Positions 31,583 through 42,449 of a DNA stretch of 64,000 nt are shown here, piece by piece. Each line of letters begins with the position of its first letter. The first letter of the stretch is position 1. Source of the DNA: a virus; IMG/VR virus record IMGVR_UViG_3300020045_011333, positions 120,941 to 184,940 of that record. One strand, 5' to 3'. The position numbers and the translations under genes were made by a program. The notes beneath the pieces are model-generated. The model saw only the letters and a list, made by a program, of their open reading frames with translations, searched no databases and was not told the DNA's origin.

Positions 31583-31668
31583 TATATGCCTGTCTTTTTG
31601 TGTGTCTGCTTTATGGCATAAAAAACTTTAAAAGTCAATGGATGAAGATGAAAATTTATAAAATAAAA

Positions 31669-31694
31669 AATCCTGCCAATTGCTTGACAGGATT
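31669..31694 (-). terminator. Rho-independent terminator
   Basis: AATCCTG.CAA-TTGC-TTG.CAGGATT hairpin followed by a T-run on the minus strand. Confidence 0.65.
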
Positions 31695-31720
31695 ATCATT
31701 CAAGCATTTCAAAGACTTAA

Positions 31721-32022
31721 TTACTTCCAGAATTGAAGCTTAGCGATGTAATCAGTCATGAAATCATTAACATTGACTACCTTTGCTTTTCGCTCGTTGT
31801 AAACGAGATAAGCGGTATAGCCGAGATAACCAATAATTACTAGGAGTAGAAGAGAAAACATTTATTTGATCCTTTCGATCTGAGTTACTTGCTTTTAATT
31901 CGCCGGTGCATTTCATATTCCGCCGCAGCGGAAGAAAGACTACCACTTTCAGCAATCTTCTTCAACTCTTCAGTTGACTTGCGCTGCATTTTTTCTTTGC
32001 GTGTTTCATTAATCTTAGACAT
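31721..32022 (-). other. Two small CDS below the ORF-track cutoff (31721-31861 single-TM; 31885-32022)
   Basis: Manual translations MFSLLLLVIIGYLGYTAYLVY... and MSKINETRKEKMQRK...; AAGGA RBS before 31861. Confidence 0.55.
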
Positions 32023-32024
32023 TT

Positions 32025-34083
32025 TTAATCCTTCACATTATGGTATGCTGTAACAGTAACTTCAACCGGCTCTACTTCGTCACAAGAAACTTCGTCGCCT
32101 TCGCTTGAATAAGGGCCTTCGTCTTGATATTCAGTTGCGCCTCTATCATAGAAGCTTCTGTAGAATTTTCCAGTACTTTCTTCTTTAAAGATCAATTCGT
32201 AATTCAAGGACCAACGACTACTATCAATAAGCTCGTTAGAGATTTCTGTCAGGCCGCTAATTAATCCACCACAACTTAATTCCGAAAGAGATTCTCTACT
32301 AAAATTTTTACTTGGCATCTAAAAACTTCTCCGGGATTTCAGTTCCCTCAATAAAATTGACTTGATAAAGAGAATAATGAGTTTTTACATACCACAATCC
32401 ATCTTCTTCGTAGACTCCTTCCACGATGCTGGTGTAAACAATTTGGTTGTAACGAAATCTTCCCTTAATATCAATTTCAATAGTACCAGAGATATTAACA
32501 CCATCTCTATTCCTACCAAAAGCAACATTATTAAGTATTCCTGTTATACCTCTTTCAGTTAAAGATTTCACAAGCTCGTTGTGAGCTAAAATTCTAGCTT
32601 CGTGCGCTTCTCTAACTTCTAATGATCTTAGTTCATTAAGTTTTTCTTCGTCTAATTCAGCCATTAAATTTAACTTTCGATAATTCTTGAGGTAAGGTAC
32701 TATTTAAACTCATCCAAGTAGGATCTACTTCCTTGGATTCATAACTAATTCCTGTCCTAGGGAGACGATCAATAATTGCCATTGCTAATTCTTTATTTGA
32801 GATAGAATGACCTTCAGTAACTAAATACCCATTAATATATAAACCCTCCCAATCATCAGCATTAGCTATAAAAATTTCCATCTATTTGTTCCACTTCTAC
32901 TTCATAATTTAAAAGTTCCAACGCCTTTACGTATCCTTTAACAAAACTATCGGCGTCATGATAATCTGTGAAATTTAAATGTTCATCTCCATAATGGCGA
33001 TCCACCTCTATACCATTCAAGATAACAACAATATTATGCCACCCATACCAACCGCAACATTCACAGTCTCCAGAGCCTTCGGTAATAGTAATCTTATACA
33101 ATTAGAAATGCTCCATATATAATCCAAGAAAGTGGGATCACCCAAAATAAAGACTTAATATTTCTAAGTAATATCTTTTCATGATGTTCATTTTTGGTAT
33201 AAGAGATAATAATGAAACCTCCTATTGAAGATATCCCAAAAAGACTCCAAGCAATTATAAGATAAAGTATCCAATCAATGAAAACTGACAATTTTATATC
33301 CTTTCCATTTGGGCATTGGATCACATTTTATTGTATCCACTACTAAACCGCAACACCCTGTTAGCGTTAGCATTAAAATCAAAAACAAAACTATTTTCAT
33401 TTCAGAGAATCAAGGTATTCGCGACAAGAAATTTCTCTTTTAGTCCTAATTATTTCATAAGCGTTAAGTTGAAGCAGATGTAAACGATCACGCCTTTCGC
33501 AAGGCATAACATATGTTATATTTCCAGAACGTTTAACAACCTCTCCAACGCCAATGTGTCCATTATGAGAAAAAATTACAGTAGCCAAAAGAATTGTACC
33601 AAGCATGATTACCTCCCTTTCTTTCTGAAGATTTCTGGACCTATTAAAAGTACCAGACAAATAAACAATCTCACAAGACAGGCAGCAAATACTCCCCACA
33701 AAGGTAAAGTAATTAGCCACCATGACCAATCTATGTATTCAGTAAGTTTAAGCCCAATGAACAAAATTGTCAATAGGCCGCAAAAACTAATTCCATGGCT
33801 GTGATAACTGTTATTCTTGATAATCATGATAACATCTCAAATTCTATCTAAAATGTTTCTCTAAAATTTCTTTGAACCGCGATCCAAGAAATTCTGACTT
33901 AGTTTCATCAATTGTTCGTAGCAAATCGGCTGCTACGATATCCAGATCAACCGGTTCGCCAGTTACTCGATCTTTTAGTCCTGATAGAGTATCGCCAGCA
34001 ACATTAGTCGCAGTCTTACCGAGTTCAAAAGCTTTACCACTTACTTCAGATGCGGCTCGAAAGAATGATTCTTTAGTAAACAT
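32025..34083 (-). other. Array of small hypothetical CDS (32025, 32308, 32657, 32862, 33094, 33397, 33609, 33844)
   Basis: Abutting or overlapping co-oriented ORFs; 33094 and 33609 are hydrophobic. Confidence 0.55.
33275..33400 (-). CDS. Small lipoprotein (41 aa)
   Basis: MKIVLFLILMLTLTGC lipobox; manual translation. Confidence 0.5.
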   Translation of the reverse strand: MKIVLFLILMLTLTGCCGLVVDTIKCDPMPKWKGYKIVSFH

Positions 34084-34124
34084 TTTATCCCCTTAATCTT
34101 CTTCAATATCCAGAAGAAGAATGT

Positions 34125-34601
34125 TTAAGTTAAATTATTAATTGCTTCTTCTAGCTTAATTCTCACACCGCCGTAGCGATGTTTAAGATACTCGCAGAAT
34201 TTTTCATCCAGACCTACATACCTTAATTCATCAGTGTTATCAAGATTATCTGCAAGTTTACCAAGCAAAGCCATAAGATTTTTACTTTGGCAGAGTTTAT
34301 CAATATACTCTACATAACTAATGTCATCATTTTCATGAGTTAAAAGGTTTATGGCATCAACTACTTGTTTATTAAACCCAAATAGATATAAATCCTGATC
34401 CGTGATATCACTGTCCTCAATAATATCGTGAAGCAGTGCAACCAATACATAATTTTGATCTTCAATATCATATTGCTTCATTAATTTTTGCATATTAGTT
34501 GCTACTCTGACACAATGCTCAAACTTTGAAACACCTGATTTATCATACTGCCCACTAAGTGCGGCTTTAACTAGAACCATAGTTTTAGAAATTGACGGCA
34601 T
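34125..34601 (-). CDS. HD-domain protein, (p)ppGpp-hydrolase (Mesh1/SpoT HD)-like
   Basis: EHCVRVA, ALLHDIIEDS, LLTH, YVEYI, KLADNLDN. Confidence 0.72.
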   Translation of the reverse strand: MPSISKTMVLVKAALSGQYDKSGVSKFEHCVRVATNMQKLMKQYDIEDQNYVLVALLHDIIEDSDITDQDLYLFGFNKQVVDAINLLTHENDDISYVEYIDKLCQSKNLMALLGKLADNLDNTDELRYVGLDEKFCEYLKHRYGGVRIKLEEAINNLT

Positions 34602-35292
34602 GAATTTCTTTCTTAATTAAGGGAGTACAACTCTAATTTCTTTATCAACACGTCTAAAGCTTTGAAATCCATGTTCAATAAAACGTTTCATATCAGACTC
34701 CCGCCAAGGAGACAGGCCTTTACCAAATCTGTTGTGACGTTTATATTCACGCTCATAAATAATTCCAGTAGTAGCAAGTGCTACTTGAAGATGATGAGTT
34801 TCACCTTCACTTTGATAAACCGCGACCGCCTTAGTCATCATAAGCCTCAATTTCTTCATCTTCCTCGGGAAGATAGTTAAGAGGATTATAACCACTAATA
34901 TCTGTACTACCTACGGCATTGAATAGAATTTCAACAACATCTTCAGGTACGGCGAACATTACAATATCTGATAATTCAAGTTCACCATAAATTTCGGAAT
35001 GCTTACCTAGAATTTCGCCAAAATAAACTTGTTTACCGATGGCTCTGTCAATGTCTTTTTGCTCTGCAACAAAAATACCCTCAACTTCTCCCATACGACC
35101 GCAGTCCCAAAAAAACTTATATAAATTCATTATTTTTTACCTTCTTCAAACGCTTTTCTAGCATGACGTTCAACAATATTTCTAAATTCTGTGTTGTGAC
35201 CGTATTCTTGAGGATAATAGTTATTCCACCACTCTTCAAAGGATTTGGGTTTGGGATAAAAAGGCATTGGATCACCATCTTCTTCATAATCT

Positions 35293-36306
35293 TTAGTCAC
35301 GGACAAATTCCTCAATTTCTCTTAAATCTTCGTAATAACCATAAACAGCTTTTAGTATTTCTTTTCGCTGTTTAAATATATCTGTTTCTTTAACCGCATA
35401 ATAAGGTAGATTTCTGTCTTCATAAAACTTAATCCAATCTTCCGTATTACTTTCTCTAACATCACCACCGTAACGGAGAGGGTCAGCCTCAAACGGAATT
35501 TTATCATTCATAACAATGTAGAAAATACCATTACATGTTTCTTCAAATTTGTCAAGTAAAATTTTAGGTTTTTCGAATTTCCCAATATCATAATACATAA
35601 TCGTGGCGCTAATATCTGTGTCCAAAACCGTAAAAAGAGTTTTAGGTGCAGCCATCATTGCTGCATATTGTCCCAAAACAATGTTAAACATTTTGGTTTC
35701 CGTCAATTCTGTGCCAACAAATTCTAAATATGTTCTGGCGTATTCGTGCACCCATTGACCTTTAAGTCGTTGAGCCAGCCACTTTGACATTGTGGTTTTA
35801 CCTGCCGATTCCGTGCCTGTGATACAGATTTTCTTGTGTAAGACTTTTTGAAACTCGGGAATAATATATTTGAAATTATGAGCTAAATCGCTACGAACTT
35901 CTGTTCCACTAATAGGAACAATATCTCTATCAATATCAACAGGAATAAACTCACAGCCTAATGCATCGGCGAACTTTTGTCCATAAGCCTCTGAGGCCAA
36001 TACATAATCGACTTCTTTAATTCCAAAAGATTTAACTGTGTCGGTCCAATAGTCCCAAAATTCTTTGCTGCCATCGTCATTTTGAGGGGCAGTGTCGTCC
36101 AAGTGTTCATGGACACAGACATTAGTTTCGCTATACATTTTTCTCAAAATGTTGGCCCTATCTAACGTTAACCGGGGTTCAAAACTTCTGGTGCTGACAA
36201 TGACATGAACAGTGTCACAAAAATATGAAGCAAAATCAATTAAGTACTTATGACCCACATGAGGCACAAGAGCGGTGCAACAAATTAATCCAATAGTTTT
36301 TACCAT
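35293..36306 (-). CDS. nadR: NadR-like NMN adenylyltransferase / ribosylnicotinamide kinase
   Basis: PHVGH, ISGTEVR, ITGTESAGKTT, HEYAR, DTD, DPLRYG; GGAGG RBS before ATG 36306. Confidence 0.85.
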   Translation of the reverse strand: MVKTIGLICCTALVPHVGHKYLIDFASYFCDTVHVIVSTRSFEPRLTLDRANILRKMYSETNVCVHEHLDDTAPQNDDGSKEFWDYWTDTVKSFGIKEVDYVLASEAYGQKFADALGCEFIPVDIDRDIVPISGTEVRSDLAHNFKYIIPEFQKVLHKKICITGTESAGKTTMSKWLAQRLKGQWVHEYARTYLEFVGTELTETKMFNIVLGQYAAMMAAPKTLFTVLDTDISATIMYYDIGKFEKPKILLDKFEETCNGIFYIVMNDKIPFEADPLRYGGDVRESNTEDWIKFYEDRNLPYYAVKETDIFKQRKEILKAVYGYYEDLREIEEFVRD

Positions 36307-36349
36307 GATTATTACCTCCATAGGTATTATTGTACTAACAGCTTTATTA

Positions 36350-36378
36350 TTGACATTAACTTTAATTTAATATATAAT
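36350..36378 (+). promoter_or_regulatory. Consensus sigma70 promoter
   Basis: TTGACA-17 nt-TATAAT exact match, 30 nt before the endonuclease ATG. Confidence 0.85.
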
Positions 36379-36408
36379 ACAAAAAATATCATAAATAGAG
36401 TCTATAAA

Positions 36409-37593
36409 ATGCTTAATAAATATTACGTGTATATTTACATAAATCCGAAAGATAGTCAACCATTTTATGTTGGAAAGGGTTGCGGAAATCGGGCTTGGCG
36501 TCATTTGAAAGAAACTAAAATTAATACAGAGAATTATAAAAAATGGTGTATACTAGAAAATTTAAGAAAACTAGAATTAGAACCTATAATTTTAATATTA
36601 AAAGATAATCTTTCAGAAGAAGATGCTTATAAATTAGAAAAAGAAACAATTATTAAATATGGTAGACGAGATTTAGATAAAAACGGGATACTTACAAATG
36701 TATGTATAGATCAAAGGCCCCCTTCTGCGAAAGGAAGAAAACAATCTTTAGAACAAAAAGAGACGGCTAGAATTAGAATGTTAGAGAATTCTTATTGGAA
36801 AGGAAAAAAGAAACCTCCCGAAATGCAAAAGTATATTAACTCTTGTTTGCCTAGAGGTGAAAATCATCATATGCATGGAACTAATCATTATGAGCTATGG
36901 CTTATCAAATATGGCGCAGAGATAGCTTTAGAAAAGAAAAGAAAAATGATTGAAAAACAAACAAAATCTAATGAAGGAAAAACTCACTCAGAAAAATCAA
37001 AAGAATTGATGCGTCAAGTACAAAAAGGATTAGGAAAAGGGAGAAAATGGATTTATAATCCAGAAACATTCGAACTTAAACAAGAATTTCCTTTAGAAGC
37101 TTTAAAACTTATTTCAAGCGGCTGGGAATATGGTAGGCCATCAGAATTACCTAAAAAGAAAAGAATAAACAAAGAAGGGAAGGAGCAAATTATATTAATT
37201 GATGAACCTGTTCCTGAAGGATGGAAATTAGGAGGCACATCAAAAGGGAGAGGTGAAAATAGTAAAATATATGGGAGAATTGCCATAACCGATGGAATAA
37301 ATAATAAAATGATTTCTAAGTCAGATATCATTCCTAATGGATGGGTTGAAGGTAAAACCTCATCTTTAAAAACTAAAAAAATCTATATAAATAATGGTAT
37401 AATTTGTAAAAGAGTGGAGGAAGGTTCTGATATTCCTTTAGGATGGTTTTTAGGGTCCTTATCTCGTGATAAATCTAATAAGAAAAAATTTACTATAAAT
37501 AATGGTGTACGAGAAAAAAGAATTTTGCTTTCATCTCCTATACCTATTGGATGGTATAAAGGGTGTATTAAAAAATTAAATCAAGACGGATAA
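36409..37593 (+). mobile_element. GIY-YIG homing endonuclease, antisense to the surrounding operon
   Basis: YYVYIY...PFYVGKG..NR, NUMOD3-like KTHSEKSKELMR, repeated IPxGWxxG units; AT-rich. Confidence 0.85.
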
Positions 37594-38499
37594 TCCGTCA
37601 GTGGTTTGAATAGGGTATTAGTTCCGCCTTCAATTACAGACTTGAGATACGTTCCAATTTGCCTAGGGCTAAGACCGTCATGCTCAGTTGGGATGCGGCT
37701 ATATTCATATGTATACCCATCATTGACTTCTGTTAAACTAAGAAAATCTACATCGTTAATATTGATTTTTAAATGTTGATTTCCACAACTTCCGTCTTGA
37801 TCCCACAGACCAACAAGTTCTACTAATTCTTCCGGGGCAGCAGCGTTTTCACCTTCTTCTCCGTAAGTGAAGTCTCCATTACCTTTGAAACGCTTAACAT
37901 TCAATACATAAGCGCCATGCCCTAAGCAACAACGAGCAGATTGAGTGGAGTCCAAAACAAACTTAGCCTTCTTCCTTCCCTTAACCATAAGGAAGTTGAC
38001 CCACTTTTCACGATTAGCTAAAACTTCGCTACGAGTAATAGTCATTTTACTTTAACTCCTTCTACGGCCCATCGTGCCAATACTTCTGCCACGTCTTGTT
38101 CCGTGACAAGACCATCATCAACATACCAATTAACTACACCATTAGGTGCGATCCAAATAGATACTTCTTTTTCACCTTTGTTAATTTCAAAGACGTATAA
38201 AGGGTCAGCCAAAGCTTGGTTAAGCATCATAGCTGTTGTCATGCTCTGGCTGTATCTCATGGTGCAATAGCCTTTTGTTCGACAGTGGGAAACTTAATAT
38301 TGCAATTAGGGATGGCTCTCATATCACCATCTAAGAGTTGATAGCCAATTAGCATGGGCCAACCCATGGCGTACATAACGGATCGCATTTTATCTTCATC
38401 AGGGCAACGAAGAGCAGTTCTGGTACTCATTGAAATGAACACACCTGTTCCCACCAGAAAATACAGAAATAGAAAAATAATACTTACAAGTCGCTTCAT
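37581..38499 (-). other. Three hypothetical CDS (37581-38045, 38042-38260, 38257-38499 membrane)
   Basis: ATGA-type coupled ORFs. Confidence 0.55.
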
Positions 38500-38503
38500 T
38501 TAT

Positions 38504-39172
38504 TTAAGCCTCACTTAGAGTTTGAGTTGAATTATTCATGGAATTTTGCCAAAATTTTAAACCAATTCCAGCGTTAATTAGAAAATAGGCATACTGTAGA
38601 GTAACTAAATATAGACCTTGATTATAGTAAAGATAGATAGAAAATACATTAACAGCGGCCCATACGTACCACGTAAAAATTTTCCGGCGATCCAACATCC
38701 ATTGAGCCACACCTGACAATATGGCTACAGTAGCATCGACATACGTTGTTTCGTAACCAAATATACTATTTACGATGAGAAGTAAAGAAAAAATTACACC
38801 AGCCACAATAAAATAAATAGGAATTTCATTTTTTGTGATCTTCGTAATAACTGATCTAGGATTGCTATCTGTTCCCCAATAATACCAGCCATAACAAAGA
38901 CTGCCAACTAGATAGAGATTAAACCAAGCCACACTAGGAAGATTCCACTGAAAAAACAGTACGGTGTAAGCCCCTGTCGTAATAATACCGATTGGGTATT
39001 GCCATGAGGAATTGGAGACTGCAAAAAGTGTGCAGATGAAGCTGGTCCAAACTGCAAAAATTTCCAGATAATTAATTTTATTAAGATCAACCCATCCTGC
39101 GAAATAAGCAACGATGTAGGTAACAATCATTAAAGCTGTGCCATAGACAAAGCTACCATAATACTTATTCAT
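38504..39172 (-). CDS. pnuC: Nicotinamide riboside transporter PnuC
   Basis: Multi-TM; WQYPIG, YGWYYW, VAQWML.RRK..TWYVW..VN. Confidence 0.85.
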   Translation of the reverse strand: MNKYYGSFVYGTALMIVTYIVAYFAGWVDLNKINYLEIFAVWTSFICTLFAVSNSSWQYPIGIITTGAYTVLFFQWNLPSVAWFNLYLVGSLCYGWYYWGTDSNPRSVITKITKNEIPIYFIVAGVIFSLLLIVNSIFGYETTYVDATVAILSGVAQWMLDRRKIFTWYVWAAVNVFSIYLYYNQGLYLVTLQYAYFLINAGIGLKFWQNSMNNSTQTLSEA

Positions 39173-39213
39173 AATTTTCCTTTATTTTCTGCGTTTCCAG
39201 ATAGAAAACGTAA

Positions 39214-39861
39214 TTAAATTTCTAAATCTATCCAACTCAACTCATTCAAAACAATGAATCTAGTGCCGTCAATAACTTGATCAATATCTATGTGCCAATG
39301 ACCGGCAATAAAAATTTCGGGGCGATGACCTGTATCTAACATAGCTTGGAGAGCTTGTCTAGTTCTACTTCCATCTTCAATCTTCTGTCTGTTAGTTGAT
39401 CTAAGAATACCTTCGGCAATAGATTCAGGCACTTCGTGGCATATCATGACACGAGGTTTAACAATCATGTATGTATCAATCATAACCTGAAGATCATTAT
39501 ATGAGCATTCTTCATCACTCCAATAATCTAAACCTTCGGTACGCCAAGCCTTATCAATAGAAACAGCGCCTCCAATAAACATTACATCATTTTCAACAGT
39601 TCCGTCTTTGATCCACTGAGAATGCTTTTTACATACATTAGGATTATCGTGATTACCACGAATAAAACGAGAATTATGTTTCACCATTTCTGCGTGTGGA
39701 GGATTAGTGCTTGGCCTAAGCTCACGATCAAAACCATAGGAATAAAATCCTACTCCCATATCTCCGATTTGAATAGAACGCTCCGAACCGTTAATGATCT
39801 TTTTATAGCGATCAAATTTCCCATGAACATCACCTATTAATCGCGTGATTTGGCGTGTCAA
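39214..39861 (-). CDS. Calcineurin-like metallophosphoesterase
   Basis: IGDVHG, QIGDMG, RGNHD, ICHE, AGHWH. Confidence 0.85.
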   Translation of the reverse strand: MTRQITRLIGDVHGKFDRYKKIINGSERSIQIGDMGVGFYSYGFDRELRPSTNPPHAEMVKHNSRFIRGNHDNPNVCKKHSQWIKDGTVENDVMFIGGAVSIDKAWRTEGLDYWSDEECSYNDLQVMIDTYMIVKPRVMICHEVPESIAEGILRSTNRQKIEDGSRTRQALQAMLDTGHRPEIFIAGHWHIDIDQVIDGTRFIVLNELSWIDLEI

Positions 39862-40404
39862 TGCATCGCTCCCATTTGCTCTACATCACCTTCAAAGAAC
39901 AATTGAGCCAAAGAGATGGGTTTACCTTTATTGCCATTGTAGCTGCCGTTATTAATAGAAATGATGCTGAACCAATTAATACCGGCAGTCTCTAATACTT
40001 GATCAAAATCGGCCCAATCGTCAAAATTGAAAATTTTTTCTTCTGTAAGATTTTTTGTTTCACAAATAAGATATGTAACAGAAATTGTCCAACGACGCAT
40101 TTAATTCTCCTGAGTAAGGGATTTTATTAATGGAAAAATTTGATCAATCAAATCTGATTCTGAATTTAATTTATACATCTCTTCAGAAGATTTGAAATTC
40201 CAATTTATAGAAGTGTTACATAACCTAAAGGCGTATGTCAAGGCCTCTTTTTTCTGTTTGCAACCTTTTATTTTACCGCCCATAACTCTCTGTTGAGTTT
40301 CGATGTGGTACACGCGCCACAAACCGTCTATATCATCACGTTTTAATACGGCGAATGGGCCTTCGTGATAAGCTGGAAAATTGTTGAATATGAATTTTTT
40401 AGCC

Positions 40405-40441
40405 AAAAAAATAACCTCCATAACGTTATATGGAGGTTATT
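40405..40441 (-). terminator. Terminator hairpin that also contains the RBS of the next gene (TTG start 40406)
   Basis: ATAACCTCCATA/TATGGAGGTTAT 12-bp stem plus T6 tract; GGAGG 8 nt before TTG. Confidence 0.65.
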
Positions 40442-40461
40442 AGCCTAATGGTCAAAGCTTG

Positions 40462-40851
40462 TCAAGAATTAAGATCAATCTTGACTTCCCCCTTCATCAA
40501 AGCTTCTATGACACTTCTGTGCTTCTCTGCGAAGTCCATTACGGGATCATTGACTTTTTCTCTCTGCTTTTGGGCCGATACGGGGATTCCATTATCTTCT
40601 ATTTCTTCAGTATTGATAGTAGTCGCCATACGTGTTTCTCTGTTACGAGCCTTAGCTTGAACCGTTTTTTCTCTAATCTCGTTCAATGAGATTTTGCCGA
40701 GACGATGAATGTTAAGAAGGTCTTCATCCTTCATCGCATCCAAATCAGCAAGGGTTTTTTGCCCATCCAAAAATCCACCATTCTTGAGTGCAGCGGCGGC
40801 ACGACCGCCCCAAGACAGTTCTGAAACTTTGATTTCATTAAGACTTGTCAT
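40462..40851 (-). CDS. RNA polymerase alpha-subunit C-terminal-domain-like protein
   Basis: VSELSWGGRAAAALKNGG...TLADL...DEDLLNIHRLGKISLNEI matches the alpha-CTD HhH pattern; AAAGGAG RBS. Confidence 0.7.
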   Translation of the reverse strand: MTSLNEIKVSELSWGGRAAAALKNGGFLDGQKTLADLDAMKDEDLLNIHRLGKISLNEIREKTVQAKARNRETRMATTINTEEIEDNGIPVSAQKQREKVNDPVMDFAEKHRSVIEALMKGEVKIDLNS

Positions 40852-40968
40852 GACAATACTCCTTTACTAGTGTTAATCGACAGTGGCATTTCCGTAACCA
40901 CTACGATAATAACGAAGATATACACATTCAGTTCCGTTGCGCAAGTGCTTTTTTACAACCCATTGAAA

Positions 40969-42449
40969 TCACTGATCTAAAAGATTTTTGATGTTATCCA
41001 AAGAGCCAACATAAGTAGGTGGTGCGCCATTTCCCATAACAGCGAGCCATACACAACGTGACTTGATTATTTCTTCAATCTCGGTATCTGTTAAGTACCA
41101 ACACGAGACAAAGTGGCCCTGTCCTCGATAAACATTCATGGTATAAACTTCTTCCTCCGACACTCCTTCGGGAGGGCCTAATCGACAATTAGAGCCGGGG
41201 AAATCTATTGCTTGTCCCATTATTCTGATCCTTCTTCTTCACCATATTCTTCGTCCCACTTTTGTTTCTTCTCAACACTCACCTCTTTAATAATATCTGC
41301 CAGCTTATCATAAGCCTCATAATTATCAAATTGACTGCCATAATTAGAGGGAGTATAATGCTTCCACAATACCGACATATTTTGTTCAAAGATGAATTGC
41401 TTGTAGAGTTCTTCAGCTAGGCCTGCTTTGACAAAATCATCAAATACAGTGTAATCCTTATGCTTGTAGATCAAGTTCATAATCTTATTTCCAATTTTTG
41501 AATGACGCCATCCAAAGATATGAAAACTTTCTAGATAAAGACTTAACATGTGAATCTTATCACCAGCCATTTCTTTAGCTGCGTTGAACGCGCCAATAAA
41601 ATATTGTGGCCCTTGCTCCATTATATCTGCTTTGTAATGATACATACCATCTGTATCAAGCAATTCAGAACTTAGTTTTTCATAAACTTTTTGATGAACT
41701 AGGAATAGACTATCACTGATACGATATTTACCATAATATTCATCTAATATAACATCCTCGCCGTCACAATGAACATTAAGACCTAAAACACTATTAATAG
41801 GATTTGGTTTAAATTTTTCATCAACTCTACCATAATCATAGTAAGTGGTCAATTGAGGAAAAGAAATGGGCTGAAATTCTTGATCCACTTCCATGACATT
41901 AGGACCATGGCGATATACATGCTGACGACGCTCAAGTCTCGTGACATAGCAAGGCTCGTTATCAGTAATGGTTATTCCAGTTATACCGCAAATTTTATAA
42001 AAACTTCCCATTATGCATATATTCCATCAGTAAGGATATAATGATATTTATTACCTAGAGTCTCACGAATTCTTCGTAAATCTTCTTTCCAATCATTACC
42101 GAAATAAATTGAATTTATTATAATTTCCATTCCTTCGTCGTAGATGGTTAAAATTTTAATTTTACTATTTCTTGATTTATCAATGGGTAAATTAATGATA
42201 GTCATCCGATTTTCTCTCCGTGTTCCATTACAATAATATTATAAATTTTATAGAAACTGCCCATTATTCTTCATCCTCTTTGTCATCAGGTAAAAATCCC
42301 GCAATACTCACAAGTTCGTCAATAAATTCATAAGCATTCATAATTACACGATCACTTTGATAAATGACTTCAGGACAATGAATTTGTTGATCTTTAACAA
42401 ATGATTCTACAATTTGTAAAACTTTTTCAGCTTTGTCTTTTCTATTCAT
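40969..42449 (-). other. Hypothetical CDS 40969-41220, 41220-42011, 42011-42205, 42264-42449 and minigene 42202-42264
   Basis: Coupled start/stop overlaps. Confidence 0.55.
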
